A stretch of 64,000 nt of DNA, taken from the human T2T-CHM13v2.0 reference genome, Homo sapiens. Below, piece by piece: positions 15,859 through 41,433 of this stretch. Position 1 is the stretch's first letter. Each line of letters begins with the position of its first letter. The notes below the pieces were generated by a model that did not search any database, was not told the origin of the DNA, and saw only the letters and a program-made list of their open reading frames with translations. The stretch lies in assembly GCF_009914755.1 (NCBI RefSeq), contig NC_060936.1; one strand, 5' to 3'. A program made the position numbers and the translations under genes.

Positions 15859-17241
15859 AAAAACGATCGCTTTGTGCCATTTTTATATGTTAACAAATTA
15901 TGTTAACATTTATTGAACACATCAAACCCTGCAGTATAACTGATTCTTCAATAAGTGTATACAAGTCACACATAGAATGAGTGGCATGCTGGGTGCTCCC
16001 TGAATAATCCTTTTCTTTTACCAGTTAAGTTTCCTGCTGAATATTTCGAAACTCTTTGCAAACTGACTTCAGCACCTCTGTGGGATATTCCCTTCCACTG
16101 CCAACCCTTAGTTGTCAGAAACTCTGTCTTTGGGAAGCATGCTACATTTTCTAGAACAAATCTAGATACTTTAGAAATGATGGATGATGATGATGATGAT
16201 GAATGATGACAACACTCTGATGCAATTCATATATCACAACATTATCCAGATCCAACAAACACTGAGAAAATGGTGTTTTGCAGCAATTTTAATTCCTTTA
16301 TTTCTCAAACATCTTTGTCAATAGTCATTTTTAATGTTATGTTATAGATGATGGAACAATCTTAGAGATGTTAAGTAACTGGTACTAATAATACAGATGG
16401 CAAAGACAGAATTCAAAATCTGGAGCTCTTGATTTATTTTACTTTATTTTATTTTTTAGAGACAGATCTCGCTTTGTCGCCTGTCAACGGCTAGAGTGCA
16501 GTAGCGTGATCATAGCTTACTGCAGCCTCGAACTCCTGAGCTCAAGCAACCCTCCCTCCTCAGCCTTCCCAGGTCTCCTGATTTCAAGTACAGTTCTTGC
16601 CAACACACAGTGGTAAAGGGTATGATTACCTAAGCCTTAGCACAGAAGGTAGCACCCCTTACTGGTGAGCTATCATGAAACTATGCGACAATTTTCTCCA
16701 TCTTTTTTAGAGTTGTTTTCCTTGTCTTCCTCCTCATCACGATTATTATTGCTTTTTCATTCAGCAAAAAATCTGGTAGGAGACTGCACAGAAGCATGAT
16801 CACTTGCTATCAACAGTGTAACCCTACCTAACTTCCCTAATCCCTAGCAAATGAAGGAAAAATCATATACAGGCACTGACAAATAGCAACACAAGAAAGG
16901 GCAACAAAATTACTAAAGAGTAACGCCATCCTCCCCAACTCAAACCAGGGAAAGTAAGCTTGCCTAGGAACTTAGGCTGAAACTCACCACAGTGCCAAAA
17001 ACCTGTTTTCTTGAAAAGAGGTAGTGCAGATAGTGAATCCACTGAGCCACATAGGGTGGGAGTTTGCTTTAAGTGCTTTTCTTCTTGCCCACAAACTAGC
17101 GTAGGCTGTGACTGGCTCCAGCTGATCCTTATCAAGGCAGCTAGTTCTGAGGGCTTGGTTAAGAAGCTCTTCGTTTACTTAAGGGAGCAAAGAGAAGACA
17201 CGTGAATTGGAAAAGGATATCTAAAATGTCCCCTAAGGCTT

Positions 17242-18375
17242 CATAAAGTTGACATCTTTCGTCATGACTTCTACAGTTCAGGAAACCAGGTAGCAGTAAA
17301 CAATTATGAACTCTACTCACTCGCCCTATCACTTTCACATCAAACTGGGGGTACTGTCCTTTGAACAGAAGACTCATGAGGAAAGCGCAGATTCCTTCCA
17401 GGTGGGAAGAAAGCTTTGTCCCTGCTCCATGTCTGCTGATCTGCAGGAAGCAGAGAGAGCAGGGCTGTTCGACTCCGTTTCCCTAATGATGTCCCAGCCT
17501 CTTTCAGTTCTGTGAGCAAAACCAAGGCTGGGTTTGTTAGCACAGCCTGTGACAGAGCCTGGGCAGGTCCTTGTATTCTGGCAAAGGCTGAACCAAAGAG
17601 CAGTCTCATTGCACTATTTACTTTCTTTTTGTTATACTCTCTCTGGCTCAGCACAATCAGTGCAGTCCGATGCTGCAGAAGACAGACTGTTCCCTCTCTC
17701 TTCCCACAGTGTTTCTCGTCTACCTTTTGCCCTTATTCAATAGTGGGAAGAAATTTCTTCTTGACCTCAGCAATCCTTTCTGACAATTACCATATGCCTC
17801 AAGAGACCTGGGAAGCTTCGCCCTGTCTGGCACAGGGAGACAATTCCTATCCAGAATAAAACTGAAAGCTTTCAAAAAAAAAAAAAAAAGAAGAAGAAGA
17901 AAAGAAAGAAAGAAAGAAAGAGAAAAAGAAAGAAAGGAAAGAAAGAAAGACTGTAATAAGTTACCTTGTCTCTGGGAGATTCTGTAACAATGAATTGCAC
18001 AGGCTAATTATCCCCTCTATTAAAAAGTTTTTAAAAGGTTCCTCTTCATCATTTAGAGTATGTTGCCTTGGCACCGGCCTGGAGAGGGTTAGCACAGGAG
18101 CCAGGCTGAGTTTAATTAAAGAATTTCCGTGTGTCAGCAGCAGGAGACTTTGATTAAAGTGAGAAGCAGCCAAGATTCCGGGAAGCGCGTCTTTCTCCTG
18201 TCTCCTCCCCAAGATGTGCGGGTGTCCTTCCCCCAACACCATGGAAGAAGGGGTCCAGGAAGAAAATGTCACACTTGCCTGTGACCCCCACCTGGTCTGC
18301 AGAAAGGCAGAGAAGACCTGCTTATGGAGGAAAAAGACGGCCTCTGTCTGGAGCTTCTATGAATTACATAACGAA
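17242..18375 (+). pseudogene. Crystallin motif remnants
   Basis: HKVDIFRHDFYSSGNQVAV; GGTVL*TEDS*GKRRFLPG; SVWSFYELHN (W codon at 18349). Confidence 0.6.
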
Positions 18376-18779
18376 TAAGTGATTTCACTACAAAGCAGTG
18401 AAATTTTTAAAAGTTAACCAGGTAGCCCTTTTTTATTCTAATTCATAGAAAATACTTTTATTTGTTGAGTTAGCTACAAGGTTTTACTTGCTTAATTTTT
18501 GTAAAGTTGTTTATTTTGTGAATAAGAAACTTATGGTCCAAGGGTATATAGTGAAAAGTCAGTCTTCCTTCCATCTCATTGCCCTGGCCACCCAGTTACA
18601 ATTTTCTTGTATACCCTTGCAAATATATTTTACTCCTTTATAGGCTTAAGTGTCTGTGTGTGTGTGTCTCTCTGTGTGGTGTGTGTGTGTGTGTGTGTGT
18701 GTGTGTATTTATTATCTGAAATTCAAATTTACTTATGTATCCTATGTTTGATCTGGCAACCCTATACTAGCTGTAACCC

Positions 18780-20470
<1,691 letters not shown>

Positions 20471-21138
20471 TTTTGTGTTTTTGTCTTTCCTACAGTGGCA
20501 GAAGTGTCAGGACAGTCTGCACGGGCAAGAATGATACCTAAATCACTACTCAGGCACAGGAGAGAGCAGGACTGGCATGGCTGGCAGGTATGGACCTCCA
20601 TGAACCCCATTAAACAGGAAGGGGCAATAAGCAACCTTCTGGTTTAAGAGTCACAAAGTTAATCTTCCAGGTGAGGGTCACCTTGCTAAAGATAATACAT
20701 AAACAAAGTCACATGTCTTGAATCACAGTTACCACTCTGGAGGAAACATAGCAATTTAACATAACATTGCCAACATTGCCTATTCTGCTTCCCTTTCTAG
20801 GCACCTGATTAGTGGAGGTGGCAGAGCAGGAATCTGATTCAGAGTTTAGTTTGCTCTAATAATTTAAATAATATTTTAGAAATTTCCCAGTCATAATGTA
20901 GCCTTGGGCAAAGGGGTGAGAAGCCTCTAGTCTTATGATGGTCCTTGACCTATGCTGGTTGGCATCAGCTTCTCTCTAGAGTGATGAGCCTTGCTCACTT
21001 GGTCACCAGTCCTCTGTAAGGATCTGATGCTGAGATCTGTGGCTGGTGAGCTTGTGATCTGTTCTTTTACAGATGAGGAAACTGCAGCCTAGAGAGTTTG
21101 AGTGACTTGCTTAACATTTCTCTGAGGAAATTTAACAG

Positions 21139-21960
21139 TACTCAAGGTCTCTCCTAAGGAAAATAGTAGTTGAGTGTGGGAGAAGGTGGAAATAACGTGT
21201 TTCCATGAGATAAGCAAGAAGAGCAAAGACTAGTTGGAGAAGATGGATAATTGATTGAATATCATAGAGAGTCCTGGAAAGAATGGTAAATGTCAACCAA
21301 TTCAAATAGTTTTAACAGATGAAGAAACAAGACCAGAGAGGTTACATGCCTTATCCAGGGTCACACAGATAGTCAATGTCAGAGAGAGAACTTAGACTCC
21401 TGGTTTCTCACTCGTAGCGCTTAACTTTTCTCATTTCTCACTGTAAAAACATCTCAAATAGTCTGCCCTTTATTTAAAAAGAGATGAAGTGAGCATCTGT
21501 AGAAGCCCAGAAGGTTTTAGAACATAAAGCAGATAGAAGATCAATTTCCTCTCTGACAATGATTCCTTGCAAAGAGTTGGGATTATTTTGGTTCAATTAA
21601 AATTACTATGCTCCTTTTATGAGAAATATATTAAGAAAGGAGATAAATTGGTACCACATGAGTAAAAAAAAAATTGGTGCTTTTCCTCCATCTGTTCATT
21701 CTTTTGTGGGAAGACACAAACACCCGGTTCCTACTGACTGATAATCATGAAAAGTGCTAAATAAGAAGTATAAAAGGGATTGAGAATTTAAGGAAAAGAG
21801 AATTTAAGAATATTTTGCAGGCATTAGATCCTTGTTAAAAATCTATATTCTTGACTTTAAAAGGACTTTACTAGTTGGAAATGATGAAAATCATTGAAAA
21901 GGATTCTAATTAAAGATACGTCTGTCTTACAGAAGATTTTAAAATAGATTAGCTTAATTA
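21139..21960 (+). pseudogene. Crystallin domain remnants split by a MIR
   Basis: LKVSPKENSS*VWEKVEIT..NGKCQ [MIR] FLISHCKNISNS; SISSL; NYYAPF; *IRSIKGI; VCLTED. Confidence 0.6.
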
Positions 21961-22084
21961 TGGCCAAATGTATTTATTTCTACCCTTTAATATTGATACT
22001 GTGGTTTTTGTTTAATGTCTGTACACAGCTTTTACGTTGTATAGTCTATTTATATCCTATAGATCTACCTCTATGGTTTTCTTT

Positions 22085-22388
22085 CTTTTTTTGGTGGGGG
22101 GAGAGTATCCTCCTTCGTCACCCAAGCTGGAATGCAGTGGCTCAATCATTACCCACTGTAACCTCAAACTCCTGGGCTCAAGTGATCCTCCCACCTCAGC
22201 CTCCTGAGTAGCTGTGACTACAGGTGTGCATCACTATACACTCAGCTAGGTTTTTAAATGTTTCGTAGAGACAGAGTCCAGCTATGTTGCCCAGCCTGGT
22301 CTCAAACTGCTGGCCTCAAGCAATCCTCTCGCCTTGGCCTCCCAAAGTGCTGGGATTACAGCACTGTGTGAGTCACAGTGCCCAGCCT
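22085..22388 (-). mobile_element. AluJ-like
   Basis: Alu consensus. Confidence 0.9.
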
Positions 22389-23075
22389 ACCTCTGTGGTT
22401 TTCTTGAGGATGATTTTATCTTCCCATTGAAATCTTTCTCATGTCTTGCTTCACCTAATTTAGTGACTTTATGTAATCATTAGGTTAATCATCATCTCAT
22501 CTAAGGTGACCAGCAAGCCCTGAAGAAGTGGAAAATGAAAGAACATGGTCTCAACATTTAAAAACCTAACACATTTAATGTATTCATTAAAATATGTGTT
22601 GGTGCATTCCCTCAGCCAGACATATTTATTGAGAAAATATTAGGGACTAACTGTTATGCTAGAAATTGAAAATATCCTAATAATAGACCTTAAAAGTCTA
22701 CTAAGAAAGGCTTACCAAGAAAACAAAATAAGAGACTGATGTCTAATATAAGAAATATGGTCAAGGAATGTAAAACATGGTTGGGAGTCAAGGAATGCTT
22801 CTTAAAATAAAGGGAAAAAGCCTTCAATTTTGAGTTATATTCTTCATCTTCAATGTGACTTCCAAGATTCATTGGTTTGTTTTCACTAAGAAAATAGTTA
22901 CTTAGTAACTATAGACACTATTTGGGCCATTAAAAAAAGTAAACACTAGATTGCATGTTTTGGTTTTGGATGGTGAAGCATGTCTCAGAATGTAAACCTA
23001 TTTTCTTCACTTTTCATTGCTCTGTGGGATGACAAACTTTAATGAACAGATGAGACTCATTGGAAACTAGTTATT

Positions 23076-23117
23076 GTCTATGGCCATACCACTCTGAATG
23101 TGCTGGATCTTGTCTGA
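23076..23117 (+). pseudogene. 5S rRNA 5' fragment, tailless retrocopy
   Basis: gtctatggccataccactctgaatgtgctggatcttgtctga matches the first ~42 nt of 5S with CpG decay; TSD aaactagttatt / aaactaataatt. Confidence 0.88.
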
Positions 23118-23339
23118 AAACTAATAATTAATGAGTAGAGAAACAGGGGTGCTGTTAAGGTGTTTAAAAATCCTTAAAAGCCCTCACATAAGTCAAACAT
23201 GCCCCTAGTCATTTTGTTTATGCTATGAATTCACCTGGCAAATTGTTTCATACGTAATTCAGAGGTAAGTTTCAGATCAGCTTATGTAGAAACAATTGCA
23301 AATGAATGGAACTGAATTTCTGAGGTTTTATTTTGTTTT

Positions 23340-25930
<2,591 letters not shown>

Positions 25931-26467
25931 GACACAGTGAAATATAAAAATATATATTACATATAATGTATTATAGTAAAATATGTAACAATAATAATAA
26001 TGAAAATGGGTTGAACTTCTTAAACTTCGCTATTAAAAGACAGTGGTTCTCAAGCTGGTTAAATACACACCCTTGCACTTACAAGCATATACACACACAG
26101 TCTATGTAGGTTATAAAACATACTCAAACCAAAATAAGCATAAACATTGAAAGCAAAATGATAAGCAAAGATATACCAAGAAATTAAAATAAAAAGAAAG
26201 CAGGAATTAACATCTGACAAAGTATAACTTAAGGTAGAAAATGAAAAGTAGGGTAAAAATCTCCACTTTATTGATAAAGCTGTGCTGTAGTATGAGTTGT
26301 GTAATTTTATTCATAAACACTAGATAAATATATAGAGAACAAAACACAACAGAAAGACAAGAAGAAAATTACAGAAACTAATTGTATTGGGAAGTTTTAA
26401 CACATTTTACTCTTTGGCAGGCAAAATAAGTAATACCTAAATGTAGAGACAGCTGAGTAATATAATT

Positions 26468-26802
26468 CCGGGGTCCCCAGTACCCAGGCCATGGACCAGT
26501 ACCTGTTGATGGCCTGTTAGGAACTGGGCCACACAGCAGAAGGTGGCAGGGGGTGGTGAGTGAGCATTACCGCCTGATCTCTGCCTCCTGTCAGATCAGC
26601 AGCAGCATTCGATTCTCATAGGAGCAAACCATGTGAACTGTGCATGCAAGGGATCTAGGCTGTGAGCTCCTTATGAGAATCTAGTGCCTGATGATCTGAG
26701 GTGGAACAGTTTCATCCTGAAACCCTCCACCCAACCCCCATCCGTGGGAAAATTGTCTTTTACGAAACCTGTCCCTGGTGCCGAAAAGGTTGGGGATGGT
26801 TG
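26468..26802. mobile_element. MER1B-like hAT DNA transposon
   Basis: ggggtcccc..aaaaggttgggga ends; ttaggaactgggccacacagc. Confidence 0.85.
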
Positions 26803-27044
26803 ATGTAAGTAACATATTTTATTTAATAAATACTTATAAAATTATGTATGCGTCAAAACCACATGCCATCTTTTATAATGTGCCTGAAATATTTACTATA
26901 ATTTAATGGTTTGTCTAAAAGTAAGTTTAAGAAATCACAAATTCCACAGGACTTATTATTCTCTTAGCATAAAGCAAAGGAAACTAATTTTAAAATTTAA
27001 GTTTAATAATATCTTGAAATATCTTTTGAGTGAAAGGGGAAATC

Positions 27045-33258
<6,214 letters not shown>

Positions 33259-33872
33259 TCTGCATTTTCTGTTTGCTGAATCATTTGGAATTAAGTTTCA
33301 AACATAGTGACATTTTACCTCCAAGTACTTTAGCATGCTAAGTACATGCTAAGAACAAGGACTTCTCCATCAAAACCACAGTACTATTACCACACCTAAG
33401 AAACATTGACAATAATCCCACAAAAGTGGGATAACTACTTCATATTCAAATTTCCCCAAAGTTGCTTTTATAGGTGTAATTACTTTTTTATTTACCCAAC
33501 TAAGGGTTCAGTGAAGGTTTGAGTTTTATAATGGGTTTTTTTGTTTTGTTTTGTTTTTAGTGTTTCCTGATAAGCACTTTCAACAAAAAATAACGGCTTA
33601 TTTTCTTCATCTGATTCAGCAAATGCTGTCTCAAACCAATAAACCAACATTATAGAGATGGGTTAAGGATTAAATAATAAATAACACATTTATAAATAAA
33701 TACTGGAAGAACTATAGATGAATATGTATATAAAACCATATATCCTTTCTGGAGAAGGGTTTTCTAATATGGCAACTAAGAAAAATATGGAAATATTTGT
33801 CTATTATACAATTGTATACTATTAAAGTAAAAATATATGTGTGGCTAAAAAGGCCATGAATAATGATAAGAG

Positions 33873-34140
33873 ACAAATGGTCACCCTGGATCAATATAAA
33901 TCATGGCCAGGGAAACAGAGTCACATAATATAATATCGTACTATGGCGACCAGATTGCCTGTATGAAAGGGGTAAGGGCCCAGAAAAGAAAGAATCTGAA
34001 GACCAGCACCTGTCCCAAGAATAATCTACTGCAAACTCCACAGTAATTGTAAAGAGTGAACATTTATTTCAGATTCTGGCAATATCTTGAGTATCATTCT
34101 TAATTTTAATATTGATGCAAGTTTTTATGTTTCCTCTTTA
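33873..34140 (+). pseudogene. Crystallin domain remnant between L1 fragments
   Basis: HPGSI*IMARETESHNIISYY..MKG..L*RVNIYFRFWQYLEY in a single frame. Confidence 0.65.
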
Positions 34141-34224
34141 TTAGGGTATATATTTCAAGAAATTGAAAAAAGACACTTTTGGCATCTGGCTATAACTCAT
34201 TTTTTAAAAAACAGAAAGGCATCC

Positions 34225-35810
<1,586 letters not shown>

Positions 35811-35897
35811 TTATTTTAATCAAAATTATACATGCACAGAGGTACCTGGTGACACCAATTCTTTTGCCATAATCTCTTTTTCACATTGTGTAACTTG

Positions 35898-37260
35898 GTC
35901 CTGAATTAGAGATTTCTCTCTCTTTCACAAGCATAATGTCAGATTCTATAGTTTTCAAGAAACTTCAGAATGTCTTTGTGAGAACAGTGAGAGAGTTTGT
36001 TCTCATTCTAGCCAAGAAAAAAAAAGATACTAAATATCAACACTAAAACTGAAAACACAGCACCAAGCAATTTAGAGAATTTGATTAATTTTGTACATTA
36101 AACTATGCTGCTCTATTAGTTCTTCCTTACCACTCTTTTCATGAATTATATTGCAATCCTATATTCTATTATTGGCCATCTGGATGAAATTATAAATTAT
36201 AATAAAAAGAATCCTTGATGAAGGGTCATGCACATTTTTATTTCTGTATCTACTTTAAATGTGTTAATACTATAGAGTTGCAGAAATTTGAAGTAATTTT
36301 AAATTGCTCTTATGGACAAAACCCTAAGCCTCCACTACTTTGCAATGATGGAAAAGGCCACAGAGCACTTTGAAAAATCATACTTTTATCCCCATTATCT
36401 CAGCCAAATGTGAACTGTGGCAAACATCATGTACCTGCAAGCTTCTCTCCACCTATAAGGCCCCTGTCTTCTTCACATGCTACCCTTTCTACCTGGGTGT
36501 GAGCATCAATGGTCTGGAGTCATAACTTCTGGGAGCAGGTCTGCTTTTGATCAACTATACCACTCACAAGATTTTATGTGCTTGGTTCTCTTCAACTATG
36601 CAAATAGTAGATCAACTAACAACTGTTCCAGCCATAAAGATGAAATCCTCTTCATTCTTACATTCTCTTATAATTGACAAAGTATTGAAATACTTAGTGA
36701 TGCTCTACTGCTACTACAATAGCTAGATAGACCTTTTGTTCCATCATTAGTTGATTCCCCTCCATTCTGGGCCTGTTTTCATTAAGTTTTCCTTATATAA
36801 TATGAGGAAACTGTGAAGCATGATTTCTCAATCTCATTATCAGCACTCTTGACATCTGGGGCTGTAAAATTCTTTGTTATGTAGGGCTGCCCTGTGCATC
36901 ATAGCATCTCTGATCTCTGCCCACTAGATGCCAGTACCACTCCCCCAACTTCTAGTGTGACAACCAAAAATGTCTCCAGACATTGCCAAATGTCCCCAGG
37001 GAGTGAGGGGTAAAATTACCCTCAAACCCCAAATAAAAACCACTGTTGTAAAGAAAACTTAAATGTTATAATGTATATAAAGGGGACTCACAAACTATGC
37101 AGTTTAGGAATTATTATATTTTTAATGTTTTTTGTCAATGTGTTGTAGAAGAATATGAGATGAAATATAGGCAAAGAGTGAAAGGTGGTCCTTAGAGTGT
37201 ATTCCAGTTTACTGTCTGTATGGAAGTTGCCTTATGAGAAAAGGCAGACAATCTCTAAGG
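35898..37260 (+). pseudogene. Crystallin motif remnants (interrupted by MER20)
   Basis: ELYCNPIF; HFEKSYF; VSINGLE; QLYHSQDFMC; RVKGGP*SVFQF..YEKRQTI. Confidence 0.6.
36820..37046. mobile_element. MER20
   Basis: cccactagatgccag..caaccaaaaatgtctccagacattgccaaatgtcccc. Confidence 0.85.
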
Positions 37261-37839
37261 ATGCCTTAAAAGAGGTTTCTGTAGCTAGTCATGTAACAGT
37301 TAAGTTGGCCATGGTACCCACATCATGATTACCTTACAGCTTATTCCTTGGGCAGGGGACTAGCCCCTTTGCTGCTTGCTATAAGAGGTGCTGAGCCTTT
37401 AACCCTAGGTTCCCCGCATGTGGCACAACCCACTGTGTGAGTAGCTGCCCATTACCACCCCATGGGACTTTGGGACAGGAGAACCAGAATTACCATGCTG
37501 ATGTTCCCACTGTGTGCTGTGCTGTCTTGCTTGAGTCTCTTTGTCTATTTTCACACCTCCAAAGTGGCAGCAAGCCAACCTGGTTACTGGCTTAGTCATC
37601 TCCTTGGCCTTCTTGTTACTCTTCACCATTCTCTATGAGGGAGGAGTTTCCCCTGATACTGGGTTAAGTTACTTCACTTCCCTTTGTCTTTGTTTCCACA
37701 TTTTAAAATGGGGATAATAATGATAGTACTTAAATCTTAGTGTTGTTGTGAGGATCATTCAAGCTAATGTAATAGCCTGATAGGTAATTATGTCCAAACT
37801 AATGCCATGTTGCTTAGTTCTATTTTCTCCTATATGTCC

Positions 37840-38260
37840 CTGTGTTAGTCTGTTCCCACATTACTGTAAAGAAATACCTGAGACAGGGCAACTTATAAAG
37901 AAAAGAGGTTTAATTGGCTCATGGGTTTGCAGACTGTACAGGAAGCATAGCAGCTTCTGGTTCTGGGGAGGCCTCAGGAAGCTTCCAATCATAGTGGAAG
38001 GCAAAAGGGAGTAGGAGTCTCACATGGCAGGAGCAGGAGCAAGAGAGAGTAAGATGGGAGGTTTTACACTTAAATGATCTGATCTCATGAGAACTCACTC
38101 ACTCACTATTGTGAGGACAGTACTAAGAGGGATGGTGCTACACCATTCGTGAGAAATCCACCTCCACAATCCTATCACTTCCCACCAGTCCCACCTCCAA
38201 CATTGGGGATTACAATTTGATATGAGATTTGGGTGGGGACAAATATCCAAACTATATCAG
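37840..38260 (-). mobile_element. MST (MaLR) LTR
   Basis: aagaaatacctgagac..tgagatttgggtggggacaaatatccaaactatatca. Confidence 0.88.
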
Positions 38261-38720
38261 TTCCTACCTTCTTAGATTGCCTACTAAACTCCAAATCCTA
38301 CCTTTCTTTCACAGTGAAATTTACTTTTCTTTGTCATAGACTACATTTCCATTTCACAGTGCACATCATCTCACCATCTTTCTTGCTTTCTCTCTCCCTC
38401 AGTCTCCTCTACTCATTAACCTCCATCCTCCTTTGCCGGACAGATTCCTCCCTTTGTCTTTGGTGCAGTTGTTTGCAGACCAAATTTGTTGTAACACGCC
38501 CCTAGTATTTCAGTTTTTACTTCAAGGTGATTAAAAGATTTTCATCTAGTCAAGTCCCTCCTACCAATGAAATTCTTGTTAATAAAAGTTTCTTTATCAC
38601 CTCACATAATTCATTGTTCAATGAATATTTTTGTTCCTATAGTGGGTTAATATTTTGATATTCAACTATGTGATTTTTCTTAATTCCTCTTACTTATCTT
38701 TTCTTTCCCCACCATTCAAG

Positions 38721-39390
38721 GAGTGTTAGGGTTTTAGAAATACAGATACAAAGATGATACAGAGAGAACAATTAAATCTTTAACCTGAAGCTCTTGAGAA
38801 TAATTCTGTAAAGTCCATAGCAGAGAAAAAGGTCTTAAAAGTCATTGCTTTCCATTATTAGAGCCAGAGACTTAGAGAAACATGTTATTTAAATCCCCAA
38901 AGTCAGACTTTAAATATCCAAAGCCAGTCCCCCAGAGGGCCAAGTACATAATATTTATACTAAAACCACGGAAAGAAATATGTGATGTCCTAAGAACCAT
39001 GTCCTGCTCAGAAGAAGATCAAAGCTTGACCAGCAGGCAGGAAGGTGGGGATTAATGAAGGATGTGCTAAGGGTTCCACCGCTAGTGGGACCCAGTGTTA
39101 TCACTTCCTCCCCCAAGGGCAACCCTTTGCAGAGAGGCATAATAAGCTCAGATGCATGCATGTGTGGCATTCCGTAGCAAAAAGAACTATTACCTGCCTT
39201 TCCAGACAACCCAAGCAACTGTAACCCTCACAGAGGACCCCTGAATCCACCTGGGCAGTAGAACAGTGATGATGAGGGCTGGGACTGTTAACATCAGTTC
39301 TTTGGTATGTGGTATTGGAAGGAGGTGGAGCAATGAGTAATTTTTTGTTTGTATGCTCCAAGACTGTTTGGCTTGAAAAAAAGGGTATGA
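38721..39390 (+). pseudogene. About 220-codon single-frame crystallin remnant with many stops
   Basis: VLGF*KYRYKD..FILKPR..DQSL..DPVLSL..NYYLPF..VTLTED..VNISSLVCGIGRRW. Confidence 0.65.
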
Positions 39391-39536
39391 TCTAGTCATG
39401 CAATATTTTTTAAACAATAAAATAAAAATGTGAAAAGAAAAAAAAAGTGGATGTGAGAAGGGAAAAAAAATCTCGTAAGCTTAGCAGTAAGTTTCAAAAG
39501 AAACTCTCTAAAATTTTTATTTAAAAATTAATATTG

Positions 39537-40525
<989 letters not shown>

Positions 40526-40576
40526 TAATTTCTTATTATCCCCTACCTCTAGGCTTCCCCATTCCCCTTTCTCAAG

Positions 40577-41433
40577 ATCTTCTTTTATCCTCAAGACCAC
40601 ATGAGACATCATAACTTCATTGTGAGAGGCATTAATCTACTGGATGGAGCACATGTGGGGAGTATCTGGGGTCTATACCAATTTCCATAGTAACCTTTTT
40701 CAGGGAAATCACTTCATCCTTAAAAAATGGGATAAAGGAAAGAAATAAGGCTAACCACCCTGGGCTACATCCAAGAACAGTGCAGAGATATGGAGGGTTC
40801 CAGGCTGTGTGAAAGACGGTTCATAACTGCTACTAATTGTAGCTAGGAAAGAGAGGAAAGGAGAACACGAATTAGAGCCTGAGAATGGAGAGAGAGCTGA
40901 AGGAGTTGATGGCATGATTTGTCAAGCTAAAGGAAGAAAGAAAATGAGTCAAGAAACAGAAGGTCACAGAAGAAATTCAGCAATTAATTTGTTTAATACT
41001 GTGCCATTCCACCCTTCTTCTCCCAGTTCAGTGCACAATCCCTGAGCTCAGGATATGCCCTTGAAGTTTCAAAGTCAGGAAGGATAAGCTGGGGTTTCTG
41101 AAGAGGAGAGTTTTGGGGGCGGGGGCCTACTAGATATAAAGAAATATGTGTGCCTACTTTAGTACATTTTCCATTACATGATTTGAGTGAGGGTAAAAAG
41201 CATAAAATTAAGCATTTCATTTTTAAAATGTGTATTCAATATTCCAAGAGTTATTCTTATCAACTTAAATCCAGAATAATTTTTCATGTGATGACAAGCA
41301 ATGGGACATGGTGATGTCTATGATTTTGTGTCCGAGCAAGTATTGTACACTTGATTAATCTTTTCTGGATAAAACATTAGCAATTCTTGGGAAACCAAAG
41401 CTTGAAGCAGAGCAGAATGAGGCGTGACACTGA
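40577..41433 (+). pseudogene. Crystallin domain remnants (clearest family match)
   Basis: VRGINLL..GSIWGLYQFP[fs]NLFQGNHFILK[fs]NG..HPRTVQR; IPELRIC; NGTW[fs]DVYDF..LIFSG*NISNSW. Confidence 0.75.

Noticed and set aside
17340-18272. Apparent minus-strand two-exon unit (donor near 17964, acceptor near 17862)
   Set aside because: No recognisable product. The pyrimidine tract is a simple repeat, and the open frames are plausibly antisense shadows of the + strand relic.
39206-39304. 99-bp AG..GT exon candidate
   Set aside because: Crystallin-like text continues in frame on both sides, so the splice sites are probably incidental.
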